Shown here: piece by piece, positions 1-13,912 of the stretch
Layout of the letters: every line of letters begins with the position of its first letter
Position numbering within the stretch: position 1 is the stretch's first letter
Origin: Cladosporium halotolerans
Taxonomy: Eukaryota
Length of the DNA: 64,000 nucleotides
Assembly (NCBI RefSeq): GCF_011745625.1
Contig: NW_027191456.1
Coordinates: 62,001 to 126,000 of the forward strand
Reading direction: 5' to 3'
Notes under the pieces: generated by a model
Databases searched by the model: none
What the model was told of the DNA's origin: nothing
The model's input: only the letters and a program-made list of their open reading frames with translations
Program-made: the position numbers and the translations under genes

Positions 1-581
1 AACGTAAAACCCTCGCTCCGCCGCCTCGCATCCTCCCAAACCCCACACCCCCACTCCCAGACCCGCCCCGGCGCGCTCTGCACAGCCCACAGCGCCGTCC
101 AGCGCCGCGAGCCGACGACTTCGTCCCAGTACCACACGTCGTCCGCCAGCGCGACCGTGCTGTCCAGCACGCCCTGCAGCGCGAGCCCGTAGACCTGCGT
201 CGTCGCTTTGGAGACGAGGAGCCATTCGAGCTCGCGCTCGGCGTCCGCCTGCGTCTGCGTGTGTTGGGGCTGGGAGGCTGGTGATGGGTGGGGCGCGACG
301 GCGGCGAGCGCGGCGCGGATGGTGCTGGGTGTTGCGAGGGAGGCTCTGCGGTCGGAGACGGGCGCGGAGAGGGTGCGGAGGGCGGTTTGGAGGGCGCTGA
401 GGCGGGGTGGGAGGGATATGTGGTGGTGTTGGGGTTGTTCTTGCTCTTGGTCTTGCTCTTCTTGGGACAAGGTCGTGAGGAGGCCGGATGTGGAGGATGG
501 GTGTGTGAGCGCGGCGTTGGAGAGTTGTAGGCGGTCGAGCTGGGCGTCGATGCGCGCGCAGTGGTCGGTAATGAAGCTCAT
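1..581 (-). CDS. NCA2: NCA2-family mitochondrial protein (nuclear control of ATP synthase), 5' part; runs off the window edge
   Basis: Manual translation from ATG at 581: MSFITDHCARIDAQLDRLQL...ELEWLLVSKATTQVYG...LADDVWYWDEVVGS, which resembles fungal Nca2 N-terminal motifs. Absent from the ORF track because it is truncated. Confidence 0.75.
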   Translation of the reverse strand, partial: MSFITDHCARIDAQLDRLQLSNAALTHPSSTSGLLTTLSQEEQDQEQEQPQHHHISLPPRLSALQTALRTLSAPVSDRRASLATPSTIRAALAAVAPHPSPASQPQHTQTQADAERELEWLLVSKATTQVYGLALQGVLDSTVALADDVWYWDEVVGSRRWTALWAVQSAPGRVWEWGCGVWEDARRRSEGFT

Positions 582-1571
582 GGTGTGGGTTGAGATCCTT
601 CAGATAGATTGATGGCTCCGTTTCGTCGCTATGATTTACGGCCTCAAGGATCCCTGTAGGAGTAGAAACAAGAAGCAGTCCAGTCCAGACAATAGCCAAA
701 GGCCGGAAAGTCGAATCGAAGTAAGGTCAGAACTAGCTCTGCACTACCTCGCACCTCGCCATGCCTTGATGTGACGTTTCTACCAAGCGAAGCGCAGTAG
801 TAGAAGTGCCGCCGTGTAGGTAAACAGATGGATACAAGGACGTGTTTATCCGCGGTCGAGGCTCCGACGTGCAGTGTGTACTGTAATTGTACGGTACGTG
901 AAGCTCGGGCCCGGGTCAGCTTTCCCAGCTGCGCAACGGCGCATGACGTCTGCATGACTGGCAGCAGCTGACACGTCCCATGGATTTGGCGCGCGCATAA
1001 GTGTTTTGTGCTTTTGTTTGGGTTTTCCCTGATATTCTAAGCATCAAAACGTTACTTGCATGCGATTGCTACATACGCGAAAAGATGCCTATCAGTTGCA
1101 CGATTTTCTCGGGTCCCTCCGCAGTGCACCAGACACAAGCTCGCAGGTCGCGTAGCACCTGAGATTCATCCAAACACTCCACACGGGACATGAGAACGAA
1201 CGAAGGACGACTTCCCTTGATATGGAAGTGCTCAATTAAAGAACACACTAGGCCGATGCTACCTATCACTGTGGCTCGTAATACAATTTTCTTTAGGTTT
1301 CAGAACCCGCGAGAGTGGACAAAATTCCAAGCCTCCGAAGACGAGACCGACCGACCAAACAGCCCACTTAAAACTCCGCGCAAATGCAAATGACTGGGAT
1401 CAGACCCCCATTAGATCCAACCCGCCACAGACTCTGAAGTTCGGGGCAACTTCGAGAACACGAGCACGAAAGATGCTTTTCCCCACTTCCACTGCAGAAG
1501 AGCCGCGTACGAAGAATAGCGCCGACGTGGCAGCAGGCGAGACACACAGACAGACAAGATGAGGAAGGCGC

Positions 1572-2667
1572 TCACGCAGCTTTCTTGGCCTTGAGAGCCC
1601 TGCGCTCACGCCTGCGCTTGGCGGCCTCGGGTCCACTCTCGGTGTCGAGCAGCCAGTCCCACCACACGAAAGATGAGGAATAGTTGCCGATGAACTTCTC
1701 GTGGTGAACGTCGTGGTGGTGGGCGCCGGCCCAGACGGGGAGGAAGTGGTGCAGAGACCAGGGGAACTCGTAGCCGGAGTGCGAGTCGATGGCCTGGAAA
1801 ACGCGCAGCACGATCCACACGTACATGGTCAGGATGTGCAGGTCCTTGGTGATGGCGCACCACAGGATGGGCGTGCCGACCGTGCCCAGGCCGAGGATCA
1901 TGACTTCGATGGGCGAGGCGTACTCGGCCGCGAGGCCGAAGGGCGCGGAGTATTGGTGGTGGATCTTGTGGATGTTCTTGTACAAAGGGCCCCAGTGCAT
2001 GGCGCGGTGGGTCCAGTAGTGCCAGGCGTCCTCGAGCACGAAGAAGATGGCGATCTGGTAGGCCATGGTCCAGATGGAGGGGAAGGGGACGGAGGTCGTG
2101 AGGCCGCAGTATTGCGCCATGGGGTGGAAGCCCCAGATCTGAGGCAGTTCGACGGTGAAGTGAGAGATGAGGACGAGTTTCGCGCACTCCCACTGCTCTC
2201 TCGCGGTGGGGACCTTTTGCTGTGGAAGGATGATGTTAGCTCTGCGCTCTCATCGCGTTTCCCAATTGTGCTCGCCACTTACGTCCTGAATCTTGTACTT
2301 GTTGAAGTAGGGTATCCGGTCGATGATGATCCAGGGCAGACTGCGGCCGAAGTAGACGATCTCGTGCATGAGGAAGCTCATGATGCCGGTGGCGAGGACA
2401 TCGTTGCCGATGTAGGCGTACCACGCAGCCCACATACGCTCGAGGTAGTTGAGGTGAACATTGTACTTGGAGATCTCGTCGAACTCGTACCAGTAAGAGT
2501 TTGTCGTGTGCGGCAGCATGACGTCCGCAATCGAGTTGTAGGTGGCATTGTTACTGTCGTGGACGTTAGTACAGGGTTCAATGGCTCGTCCGACCAGCGG
2601 GACGAGGAGGTGGGATGGAGGGCGCGGTGGCGTACAAGTAGTTGTCCATGCCGAGCGGAAGCGCCAT
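1572..2667 (-). CDS. ERG25: C-4 methylsterol oxidase (sterol desaturase/fatty acid hydroxylase family), 3 exons
   Basis: His boxes HRAMH, HKIHH and HHDVHH; WDWLLDT; C-terminal KKAA ER-retrieval-like signal. Start [10 protein letters not shown] at 2667; introns approx. 2555-2635 and 2220-2283. Confidence 0.93.
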
Positions 2668-2798
2668 GGTGACGGTGTTGTGCGAGTACGATGACTGCGC
2701 GGGATGCTGCTTGTGTGCGCCGACCTTGAATGGGAGAGATAATAGCGGCGGTGCAGGAGCGCGGGCAGCGGTGGGAGAAAAGGGCGCGTTCTAGTGCC

Positions 2799-2808
2799 AT
2801 CGTATGAT
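2799..2808. promoter_or_regulatory. Candidate sterol regulatory element (SREBP/SrbA-type) upstream of ERG25
   Basis: ATCGTATGAT (reverse complement ATCATACGAT), ~130 bp upstream of the ERG25 ATG; resembles the ATC-N4-(G/C)AT element described for Aspergillus SrbA targets. Confidence 0.5.
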
Positions 2809-4185
2809 TTCTGAGCTGCCGACGTCGATCCACTCAGGGACCGATGGGCTAGCGCCATCCGGGCGCCTGCCTTGTGTTCTTCCCGGAATTAGGGACTGCG
2901 CGCCACCCGTGGCGTTGGGGCGGAGCGGCCCTTCCCGCTGACAGTCTCACTTTATCCCTCCTTGTGCCTGACGTCCCTGGCCTGACTGCTGCCGGCTGCA
3001 CTACGCGAGTCCTCACTTGTGCAGAAGAGCTTCAATGACTCGAGAGACAACGGGTTCGGCGCTGAATGTTATTTCTCGCCACTCAGGCCTTATCACTGCC
3101 TAAACTTCCAAGCCACAATCGCACCACCCGTCATAAGGCGTCCACGACGATCCTCAGCGGAGATCGCCTCTCACGTGCTTGACCCTGAGCCCTGTTGGCG
3201 CACCTTCACAGGCGACGAGAGTCGAACCACGACGCTTACAAAACAGCCCGGACGCGGCCGCTGTGTTCCGATACGCGTAGTCGTAAAGAGTAAATTCAGA
3301 CGGAATCGTAGAGCCGCGGAGCGAACAAAGCTTTGACGGCGATGGTTCCCCCGTTCACTTGTCTAGAGTCAAGCAAGCTAAAGGTAGGTAAGGACCGTCG
3401 TTCGATCATCATCCCCAACCCGACACCAATGCAAGAAAAATGTATAGACAGCTTCGACTGCAGTTCCAAGACGCAGTGCTCAGACCGAAGAGGACTTCGC
3501 CCAAAACGAGCAAATGAACGACCCAGCAACAAGCCAAGTACCCAAACAAACAAAGTCATAAAACAGAGTGCAAGCCTCGATCAGACGATTTTGTTCTTTC
3601 TTTCTTCCTCCTTCCCCATCCCTTCTCCCTGCAAAGCATTATCTGCAGAGAGAGAGCGAGAGCAAGGCAACGATTAAACACAACAGCAGCAGTAGAAGAA
3701 GAAGAAGAAGAAAGAGCAAAAAACAGTTTCGTTCGTCCCTCGTTTCGTCCCAAGACCAAAAGGAAAAGGAAAGAGAAAGGACCTATTTGCTTCCCGTCTA
3801 GACACCCATCCATCGCTTCCCTCTCATGCGTGGCGCGCGCAAAGTAGTAAACTCCCTCCATTCGATCCAACAGCAGGCGCGGAAGTCCCGCTCCTCCCTT
3901 TCACTTCCGCTCCTTGATGTGCTTCGCTCTTTGCCAGGTAGACAAGGCGCTGGCGCCGCAACGCGCGGTTTTGTTGCGTCGCTCTCCCCGTCTCCGTCTC
4001 TAGACACTCCAAAACAACAACATTTCAAGCCTCGTGATCTTTTCTTTTCTTTTCTTGTTTTCTTCTCTTTCGCGGAAACGTTCGTCTGTACTGTAGGTAC
4101 GTGCATCGTGTGGAAGCTCCCCTCCTCCGGCAGGAAGAAAAAGGGGAGCCATTCTTCATAATGAAAGACTCACGCAAGAACGCGC

Positions 4186-6437
<2,252 letters not shown>

Positions 6438-7635
6438 GGTGCGACGGCGGGGCTGCGGTGAGGAGGGTGAGGTCTGACGGGCGTCGTCTCGCCGGGACCG
6501 GGGTCGGCGCTGCTGAGGGGATTATCGGGCGGGCGTGGTGAGCGGGCGGCGCATATATCGCGAGTGGTGGCCGGCGATGACGTCTTTGGCGGCCGGGCGA
6601 GGGCTGCGGACAGGCGGTGGGCGGGCGGGCGGGGGGAGGGCGCAGGGGCGGTGGTGGGTGGGTGGTGGTGGTGGTAGTGGTGTTGCAGGCAGGGTGGAGG
6701 GCTCGTCGGCGGCGGGGCAGTGGTGGATGGCGGAGACGGGTGGGATGGTGGCAGCGTGGGTGGAGTGTGCCGTGCGCAGTCTCTTTTGCAGGCGGCGTCT
6801 GGCTGGCGCAGGCTGGCGGCGCTGGCGGGCGCGATCGCAGCGTGGGGTCTGCCAGCCGGCGGCCTCACGAGCCTCGAAGCGGGCCCTGGAGTGCCTGGGC
6901 TGTGGGTTTGGGCTGGCCGGACGACGGCGACGGCGCGAGTAAGGTGAAGGCGGCGCGCCAGTGGCTGACGAGAGACGGGCGGAGAGTGAAGTGAAGGGCT
7001 GCGATAGATACTGTCACAGCGAAGGTACCTTCCACACATCTAACTACCTTAACGACTATGTACCTTACCACAGACTGCTGCGCCCGCACCAAGCAGCGTG
7101 GCTCTGGCTCTCTGCAGAGGCGAGGCGGGTGCTACCACCGCGCAGGGCGGGCTCGATGCTTCCATCACCTCCTGCCGCCACACCCAATCTACTGCTGCAA
7201 GGCACATGTACGTTTGTACCCGCCCGTCCTTTGTCGACGCGGGCGCTGTATCCTGGGTGAAGGCAGGCACACGCCCGCTCTCCTCACACATGCGTCGCAT
7301 GCCCATCGACGATCCCCACCTAGAGCCTCCATCACGCAGATGACCAAGTCACTCACCCTCCCCTCCTTTGCGCCGGCTCTTTGTTGCGCGGCATCGCACC
7401 GTCGCAATGGCAGTCCTCAGAGGTGAGACCAGTCAGCGCTAAGCGCATTCAGTCGAGCCAGTGAGGGAGCGACGCCAGCCTTGCGGGTTTCATCAACTGG
7501 CACGCTCACAATCACATTCATTAGTCTCCCAACAGTACCCAGAATCGATGTCTCCTGTGGTCGAGCGTTTGATTGAGCCATGATGCTTGTTCACCGCACA
7601 AATAGCCGCAGTCGCCATGTAAACACCGTTCAACC

Positions 7636-10600
7636 TCACCTAGCAGATATAGCCGATGCAAACTTCTGTTGGTCGTTCCTAGAGACAAGAAATGTCAGTA
7701 ATGTTCCCAGTAATCATAACAACGTGTGGAATCACAGGAGCAACTCACTTGTCCATCTGCAACAGCATGCCCAGCACCGGCACCAACTGCATCTGATGTT
7801 TCTTCTCCGGCGTCTCCAGGAACTGAAGCAGCACGTTCTTCAAGTAGACGTAGTCCACTCCGTTGTCCCTGCCCGCACCATTCAGCGCGCTAGGCGTCGG
7901 ACTCGTCACCCTGCTCATGGAGTCGAGCGAAGATCGGGCGGAAGTCTGTATGCTCCCGCCCTGAGGCCGCTGTCTGCTGTTCGCAGCCTGCAGCGCCCGC
8001 AGCTCCTCCGCCATCGATTTGGACGACTTCTGCAGCTTCTCTAGTCTCGCCTCGCGCTCGGAGATGGTCTGACGGAGCTCCTGCTTCTCGCGCTCCACCT
8101 CACGGGACTGCTTCTCGCCTTCGTCCAGAGCGTCGCGCAGCTGCGCCATTGCGGCCCGCACTTCACTGACTTCTTCCTGTGCTTGTGCAGAGCGCTGTTC
8201 CAGCTCGGCCTGCTTGGCCTTGAACTCCTGCTCGCGCTTTTCGGCTTCCGCGCGTGCGTCGGTGGCCCGAGTAGCGTCCCGTTCAGCGTCGCGAAGCTTG
8301 CTCTTGAGATCTTCCAGTTCGCGCGCCTTGCGACGCCCAATGGTGCTCGCCTCGTCTTCGGCGCGATCGCGCTCCTCGACCGCAAGGTCCATCCGCTCGC
8401 GCATCTCTTTGACACGGCTCTCAGCCCGGCTCTCAACATCAGCCAGCAGGCGGCGCATGGTATCTCCCTCGCGACTGCGCTCAGATAGCAAACGGCGTGA
8501 ATCAGCAAGCTCTTCGTCCAAGCTCTCGCAGCGCTCGCGCACTTCCTTCATCTGAGTCGCCAGCTCGCGCGACTCGTCCCGCATGCTCTCCATCAGACTC
8601 TGCGCGCTCTCCTGCTGCGCCGACTTGAGGGAGATCTCCTCGCGAAGGCTATTGGCCTCCACGCCGACCTTCTTAGCCTGCTTCTCCATCTCCTCAAGCG
8701 AAGCCTTCGAAGCCTTGACATCCTGCTGGGCCTTGTCGAGCTGCGCCTGCAGCTTCTCGCGGGCCTCGCTAGCCTCCGTGCGCGTGCGCTCATTGCCCTC
8801 AAGGTCCTTGCGCGCGCGCTCGTAGCTGTCCTCGAGCGCGGAGCTGCGCTCCTCGCTCTTCTTCGCCTGCTCCCGCAGCTTCGCGATCTCGCCGTCCTTC
8901 TCTGAAGCCTGCGCCTTGTACTCCGCGATCTCGGAGCGCAGGTCCTTGGCCTTGGCCTCGAGCTTCTTGACGCTGCCGCTCGACTTCTCGAGGTCGGCCT
9001 TGACGGTCTTCAGCTCCGCGGACTCCTCACGCAGCTTCTTCAGCTCCGGCTGGACTTTGTTCAGGTGCTCCTTCAGGTCCATGAGGTCCTTGTAGCGCGT
9101 CTGGGCGAGCGAGTTGGCGGCCGCCAGGTCGGTGTCGAGCGTGGAGGCGCGGCTCTTGAGCTCCTCGAACTCTCCTGCCAGCTTCTTGTGCTTCTCGTCG
9201 AGTTCCGCGCCAGAAGCCGTGTGCTGCGCCTTCAGCTCCTCGATCTGCTTCTCGCAGGTCTCCTTAGCGAGGCGAAGGGACTCCTTCTCCTTCTCGGCGG
9301 CCTCGAGCTTCTCCTTAGTGGCCTGCAGCTCCTCGGCGGAAGCGGTGCTGGACGAGGCCTGATTGTTCTTGAGCTCCGCGATCTCCGCCTCGAGCCCGCT
9401 GCAACGTTTGGAAACTTCGTCGCGCTGAGCCTCGGCGTCCTTGACCGTCTTCGCCGACTTGTCGCTCTGGGTCTGCAGCTCATCGAGCTCGTCCTGAAGT
9501 TTCTGCTTCGCATCCTTCACCTGCTTCAACTCATGCTTCGCGTCCGTAGCCTGCTTTCCAATCTCAAGCAGCTCGCTCTTGTTCTCCTCAATCTCCTCCT
9601 TCAGCTCAGGCAGCTCCCTGATCTGCTCATTGAGCTTGTCGATCTGCGCGCTCTTGTGCGAGATCTCCGCCTGCAAGCCCTGGATCGTCTCGTCGCGCGC
9701 CTGAATGACGACGACGTGGTTCTTGATCTCCTGCTCGCGCTCGAGGATGACTTCCTCGTGGTGCTTAATCGTCGCGTCGCGCTCGTCCTCCTGGTCGCCG
9801 CTCTCCTCGCGCAGCTTCGCGAGCCCTTGCATCATCGGTCCGAGCACGCTGGCGATGGACTCGGGGTCGGTGTCTTTGAGGATGTCGCGGGCTTTGTCGG
9901 GCTGGGCGACAAGGTCGGCGACGGTGGAGTTCTGGGCTGCGGAAGAGGGTGCCTTGGCGGAAGACTGCTCTGTAGAAGCAGGAGCCGCGTCCTCAGTAGC
10001 GGCCTTCTTCTTCGCCTTGGACTTCTTCTTTTTCTTCTTCTTTGCGTCGGCTGCTCCTGGCTCGCCACCCTCGGCAGTTGGCGTGTTGGCTTCGGTCGGG
10101 ATGGGAGAATCAGGCTGCTCAGTGCCTTCGGCGCCGCTCTGAGACGACTTTTGCATCGCACTGAAAATGTCAGCCGGTTTCTCAGCAGCGGTCTTGTCGC
10201 CGTCCTTCACAGGGGTTACGCACTTTCCACAGTCCAAGATAATCTGATACGCAGCGTCGCGGTCGTGCTGGGCGCGCGTAAGCTGGCTCTTCAAGCTCGC
10301 GACAGCAGACTCGTGGCCCTTCTTCGATTTCAGCAAGCTCTGCGCCTCGTCCCTTGCAGTCTCAGCGCGCTTCAACTCGCTCTCGTAGGACTGAGCGCGC
10401 GACTTCGCACTGGTCTCCGACGTCCTGAGCTTGTGAATGATCTCCTGCGAGGAGCTGGCCTCCGATTCGAGCAGCTTGATCTGCAGCTCCAGGTCGTTGA
10501 CTTTGCCCTGGACCGCCTGCTTCAGCTCCTCGGTCTCCTTGATCTGCCCGCGCTGCTTATCGATGACATCCTGGTAGGTCTTCATGCGCTTCTGGTCCTG

Positions 10601-12054
10601 CTCGCTAGTGTTGTTGGCCTTGGCGTCCTTTTCGCGTTCCGCCTGAACTTGCGCCAGGAGCTCTTGGGCTGCCGCAGACTTCTCCTCGAGTTCCTTCTGC
10701 TTCCCGGTGACTTCCTCGAGGTAGTCCTCATGGGACTTTTGCAGGGATTCACGCTCCTTTTCTGCGGTGGCGAGGCGCTGGATGGCTTGCTCTTTCTCGT
10801 CGTTTGCAGCGTCGCGAGAGCTTTGGAGTTCGACGGCCTGCTCTCTAGCTTCCTTGAGCTCGGCCCGCACGCTTTCCACTTCGCTTTCGCGGGCGGAAAC
10901 CGTTCTCTTCATTTCCTCCAAGTCTGCACGCGTGGTGTCGAGGTCTTTCCGCATGGTCGCGTTCTCAGCCTCGAGCTCGCTGATGCGTTCGCGCTGCTGC
11001 TTGATGTCCTCCTCGTGCTTCTTCACCTGTGTCTCGAGATCGGTATCGTAGTCGAAGAAAGTATCGCTTTTGTCCTCTTTCGATGCCTCTTTCTTCTCTC
11101 CCGCAGCCGGTGTAGGCGGCAGAGCTTTCTCATTCACAGCGTCTGCGCCTAGTGGGTCCGAAGCATCAGCCTCCCTCGCCTTCGCCTGCCCCTCGCGTTC
11201 CTTCCGCAGCCCAGCAGCCTCATCGAACGCCTCCTTCGCCTTCTTCTCCGCTTCCCCAAGCTTCCCCTTCAACTCATCCCGCTCCTTGACCGTCTCCCTA
11301 TGCTCGCCCGTGACCCGCTTCAGCTCCTCCATGACCATCTCGCTTTGCAGACTCCGCTGGTTCAAAAACTCCACCAGCGCGCCCGGGTCGCCCACGTTCG
11401 CCAGCGGCGTGTGCTCGCGCAGCGTCGCCTCGAACGCCTCCGTCTGCGCGACCCGCGCGTGCGCCGCGCGGTAGTTGCGCAGCAGCTCCTTGTACTTGCC
11501 CGTCAGGCTCTCCAGGCGCGCCAGCTTCGCGCGCACGGGCTCGGGCAGCTCGCCATCGTCCTGCTGCAGGTGCTGCTTCGCCTTGCCCTTGTCGGTGCTG
11601 TCTTTGTCTTTCTCCTCCTGCTTCTCCTCACTCTTCACCCCCTCCCCCTCGCCGCCCTCCTCTTTCGCACCAGCAGCAGGCTTCGGCGTCGCCGCCCGCG
11701 ACACATCCGACCCATCATCGCCGATCACGAACTCCTCCGGGTCCGGGGCTTTCGCGACGCCGCCCGCGCCATCGGGCACTCGCAGGCGGCTGCCGGGGCG
11801 TTTGGCGGGCGAGGAGTCCGGGCGCGCGCTGCTGCGGCGGGCGCCGGCGTTGCTGGCGGAGCGTTTGGGGCCGGCTGTGGTGGGATTGACAGGGTTGGAG
11901 GAGCCGTCTTGCCGCGCTTGCTCTTCGGCGATTTTGCTGTCGAGGAAGGTGTCGATGTTGAAGTTCTTGATGCGCTGGTGAAAGGGAAGGGTCAGCGAGG
12001 AGGTTCTGGATGTGGGGGAGGATATGGTCATGGGGTAATTGGTACCTGGAACAT
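7636..12054 (-). CDS. IMH1: GRIP-domain golgin (Imh1-like), long coiled coil
   Basis: ~1450 aa E/K/Q-rich heptad coiled coil with C-terminal GRIP motif DYVYLKNVLLQFLE...LVPVLGMLL. Micro-exon MFQ at 12054, then intron. Last exon KNDQQKFASAISAR-stop. Confidence 0.85.
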
Positions 12055-12484
12055 GGCCGCGTCTTTCTAGGAGTTGGGTCTCCGTCTCGTCTCGTCGTTG
12101 TCGTTGGCCCAGCTGGTATAGTACAGTACAATGCCGCTGCGGGAAAGAGAGTCGCTTTATGAAATCGTCAAAGATACTAGTACAAGCATGGCGGGGTTCG
12201 CAAACTCGAAGGCCTCGGGGCAATGAAAAAGTGTCGCGCGGTTGGTTCGATCAGCAATAGAGTTGCGTCGAGGTCGGCGCTGTCTGCAAGTCGTCTCGCC
12301 CTACGGCGCGAGGCCTCCGTCCCCGACCGTTCAACTTTCTGGGGTCTGCCGAACGTTTGGGAACGTCAGAAGCATAAATTTTGTGCACAGGCGCCGAAGC
12401 GTGAGTAGAGAGGATATTTATGAGACATTTCTGGGTGGGCGTGCTTGTAACGACATACGACAACTTTTAAATTATCTTGCAACA

Positions 12485-13774
12485 ATGCCGTCCGAGTTGG
12501 AAGAGGTTAGATCCGATTGAATCAGACGAAGTATTTTGAGGAATATTCGACTGACATTGCCCGCAGCTCGTGGAGTTCCTCCACCATGGCAACACAGAGA
12601 TCCGTCAAATCGGTAAACACAAGACCTGAAGGGAATCACAGGAATCAAACAGATTGCTCACTCAATCGTCTCAGCCGCCGAAAACCTGGTCGGATACAGC
12701 AGCGCTCAGCCCAGCCTCTTCAAGCGCAACCAGCTCGAGCCCATCTCCGACCTTAAACTGTTGATCAAAGACTACACACCGATCTCGAAGAATGCCCTCA
12801 CGATGCTCATCAACGTCTCCGACGACGAGGAAGTCCTCAAGTGCCTCGTAGACGACGAGAAGTTCGTCGAAGACATGCTCCGCAAAGTCACAGTACGCCC
12901 CCAACACCCCATCCGCCACCTCACAACCACCACCCACTAACATTCAAACCCCAAGGACCCCCAAAACGGCAACTGCAACCTCCAATGCATGCTGCTAGCC
13001 AACATGGCCAAATCCCCCTCCATCACCAAACTCCTCACCCTCAAGCGTGACGTCCCCAAACCCCTCTCCACCTCCCCCATCGCCATCGACCAGCTGCTCG
13101 ACTGCTTCGTCAAAGGCGCCGACGGCAGCTACAACCCCAAAGCCGACTACGACTACCTGTCCTACCTCTTCGCGGACCTAGCCAAACACTCCGAGGGCCG
13201 CGCGCACTTCCTCTCCCCGCGCGCCGAGGACAGCAACATCGTGCCGCTGACGAAAATGCTCGTCTTCACCGAGCACAAAGCGACGATCCGGCGGCGCGGC
13301 GTGGCCAACACGATCAAGAACTGCGCCTTCGACGTGCCCGCGCACGGCGCGCTGCTGGCGGGCGACGAGGCGCAGGGCGCCAACTTGCTCCCGTACTTGC
13401 TGCTGCCGCTGATGGGCAGCGAGGAGTACGCGGACGAGGACACGGAGGGCATGCTGGACGAGTGCCAGCTGCTGGACCCGGACAAGGCGCGCGAGCCGCA
13501 GGCGGATATCGTCGTGACGCACCTGGAGACGCTGCTTTTGCTGACGGCGACGCGGGAGGCGAGGGATACGTTGAGGCAGGTCAAGGTGTACCCGATTCTA
13601 AGGGAGTTGCACTCGCATGCGGAGAATGATGATGTCAAGGAGAATGTGGACCGGATTGTGCAGACGATTATGCGCGGGGAGGAGGGCGAGGTGAGGGAGG
13701 ATGAGAAGAAGTTGAGGGAGGTTACGAATGGGACGTCGGTGGACGAGGAGGAGCAGATGGTGGAGGTGGCGTAG
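12485..13774 (+). CDS. HGH1: Hgh1 (DUF383/DUF384), eEF2 chaperone, 4 exons
   Basis: MPSELEE|LVEFLHHGNTEIRQI..., YDYLSYLFADL, RRRGVANTIKNCAF, LLPYLLLPL, HLETLLLL. Confidence 0.88.
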
Positions 13775-13912
13775 AGTTTCCGAGCTTTTTTTTTCGCTTA
13801 TCACTTATGCTCTCGTTATGATACAATGCCCGCTATCCCGATGCTTCGAGAGCGATAGTTAAGGCATCTTCGACTCTTCTCTCATGCCATTCCCAGTAGA
13901 CTTACCCATTAC

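Noticed and set aside
9065..11152. 695-aa + strand ORF, and similar long antisense ORFs (1701-2672, 51696-53123, 55886-57850, 58790-59785, 32557-33303)
   Set aside because: Antisense shadows of GC3-rich real genes; no recognisable motifs
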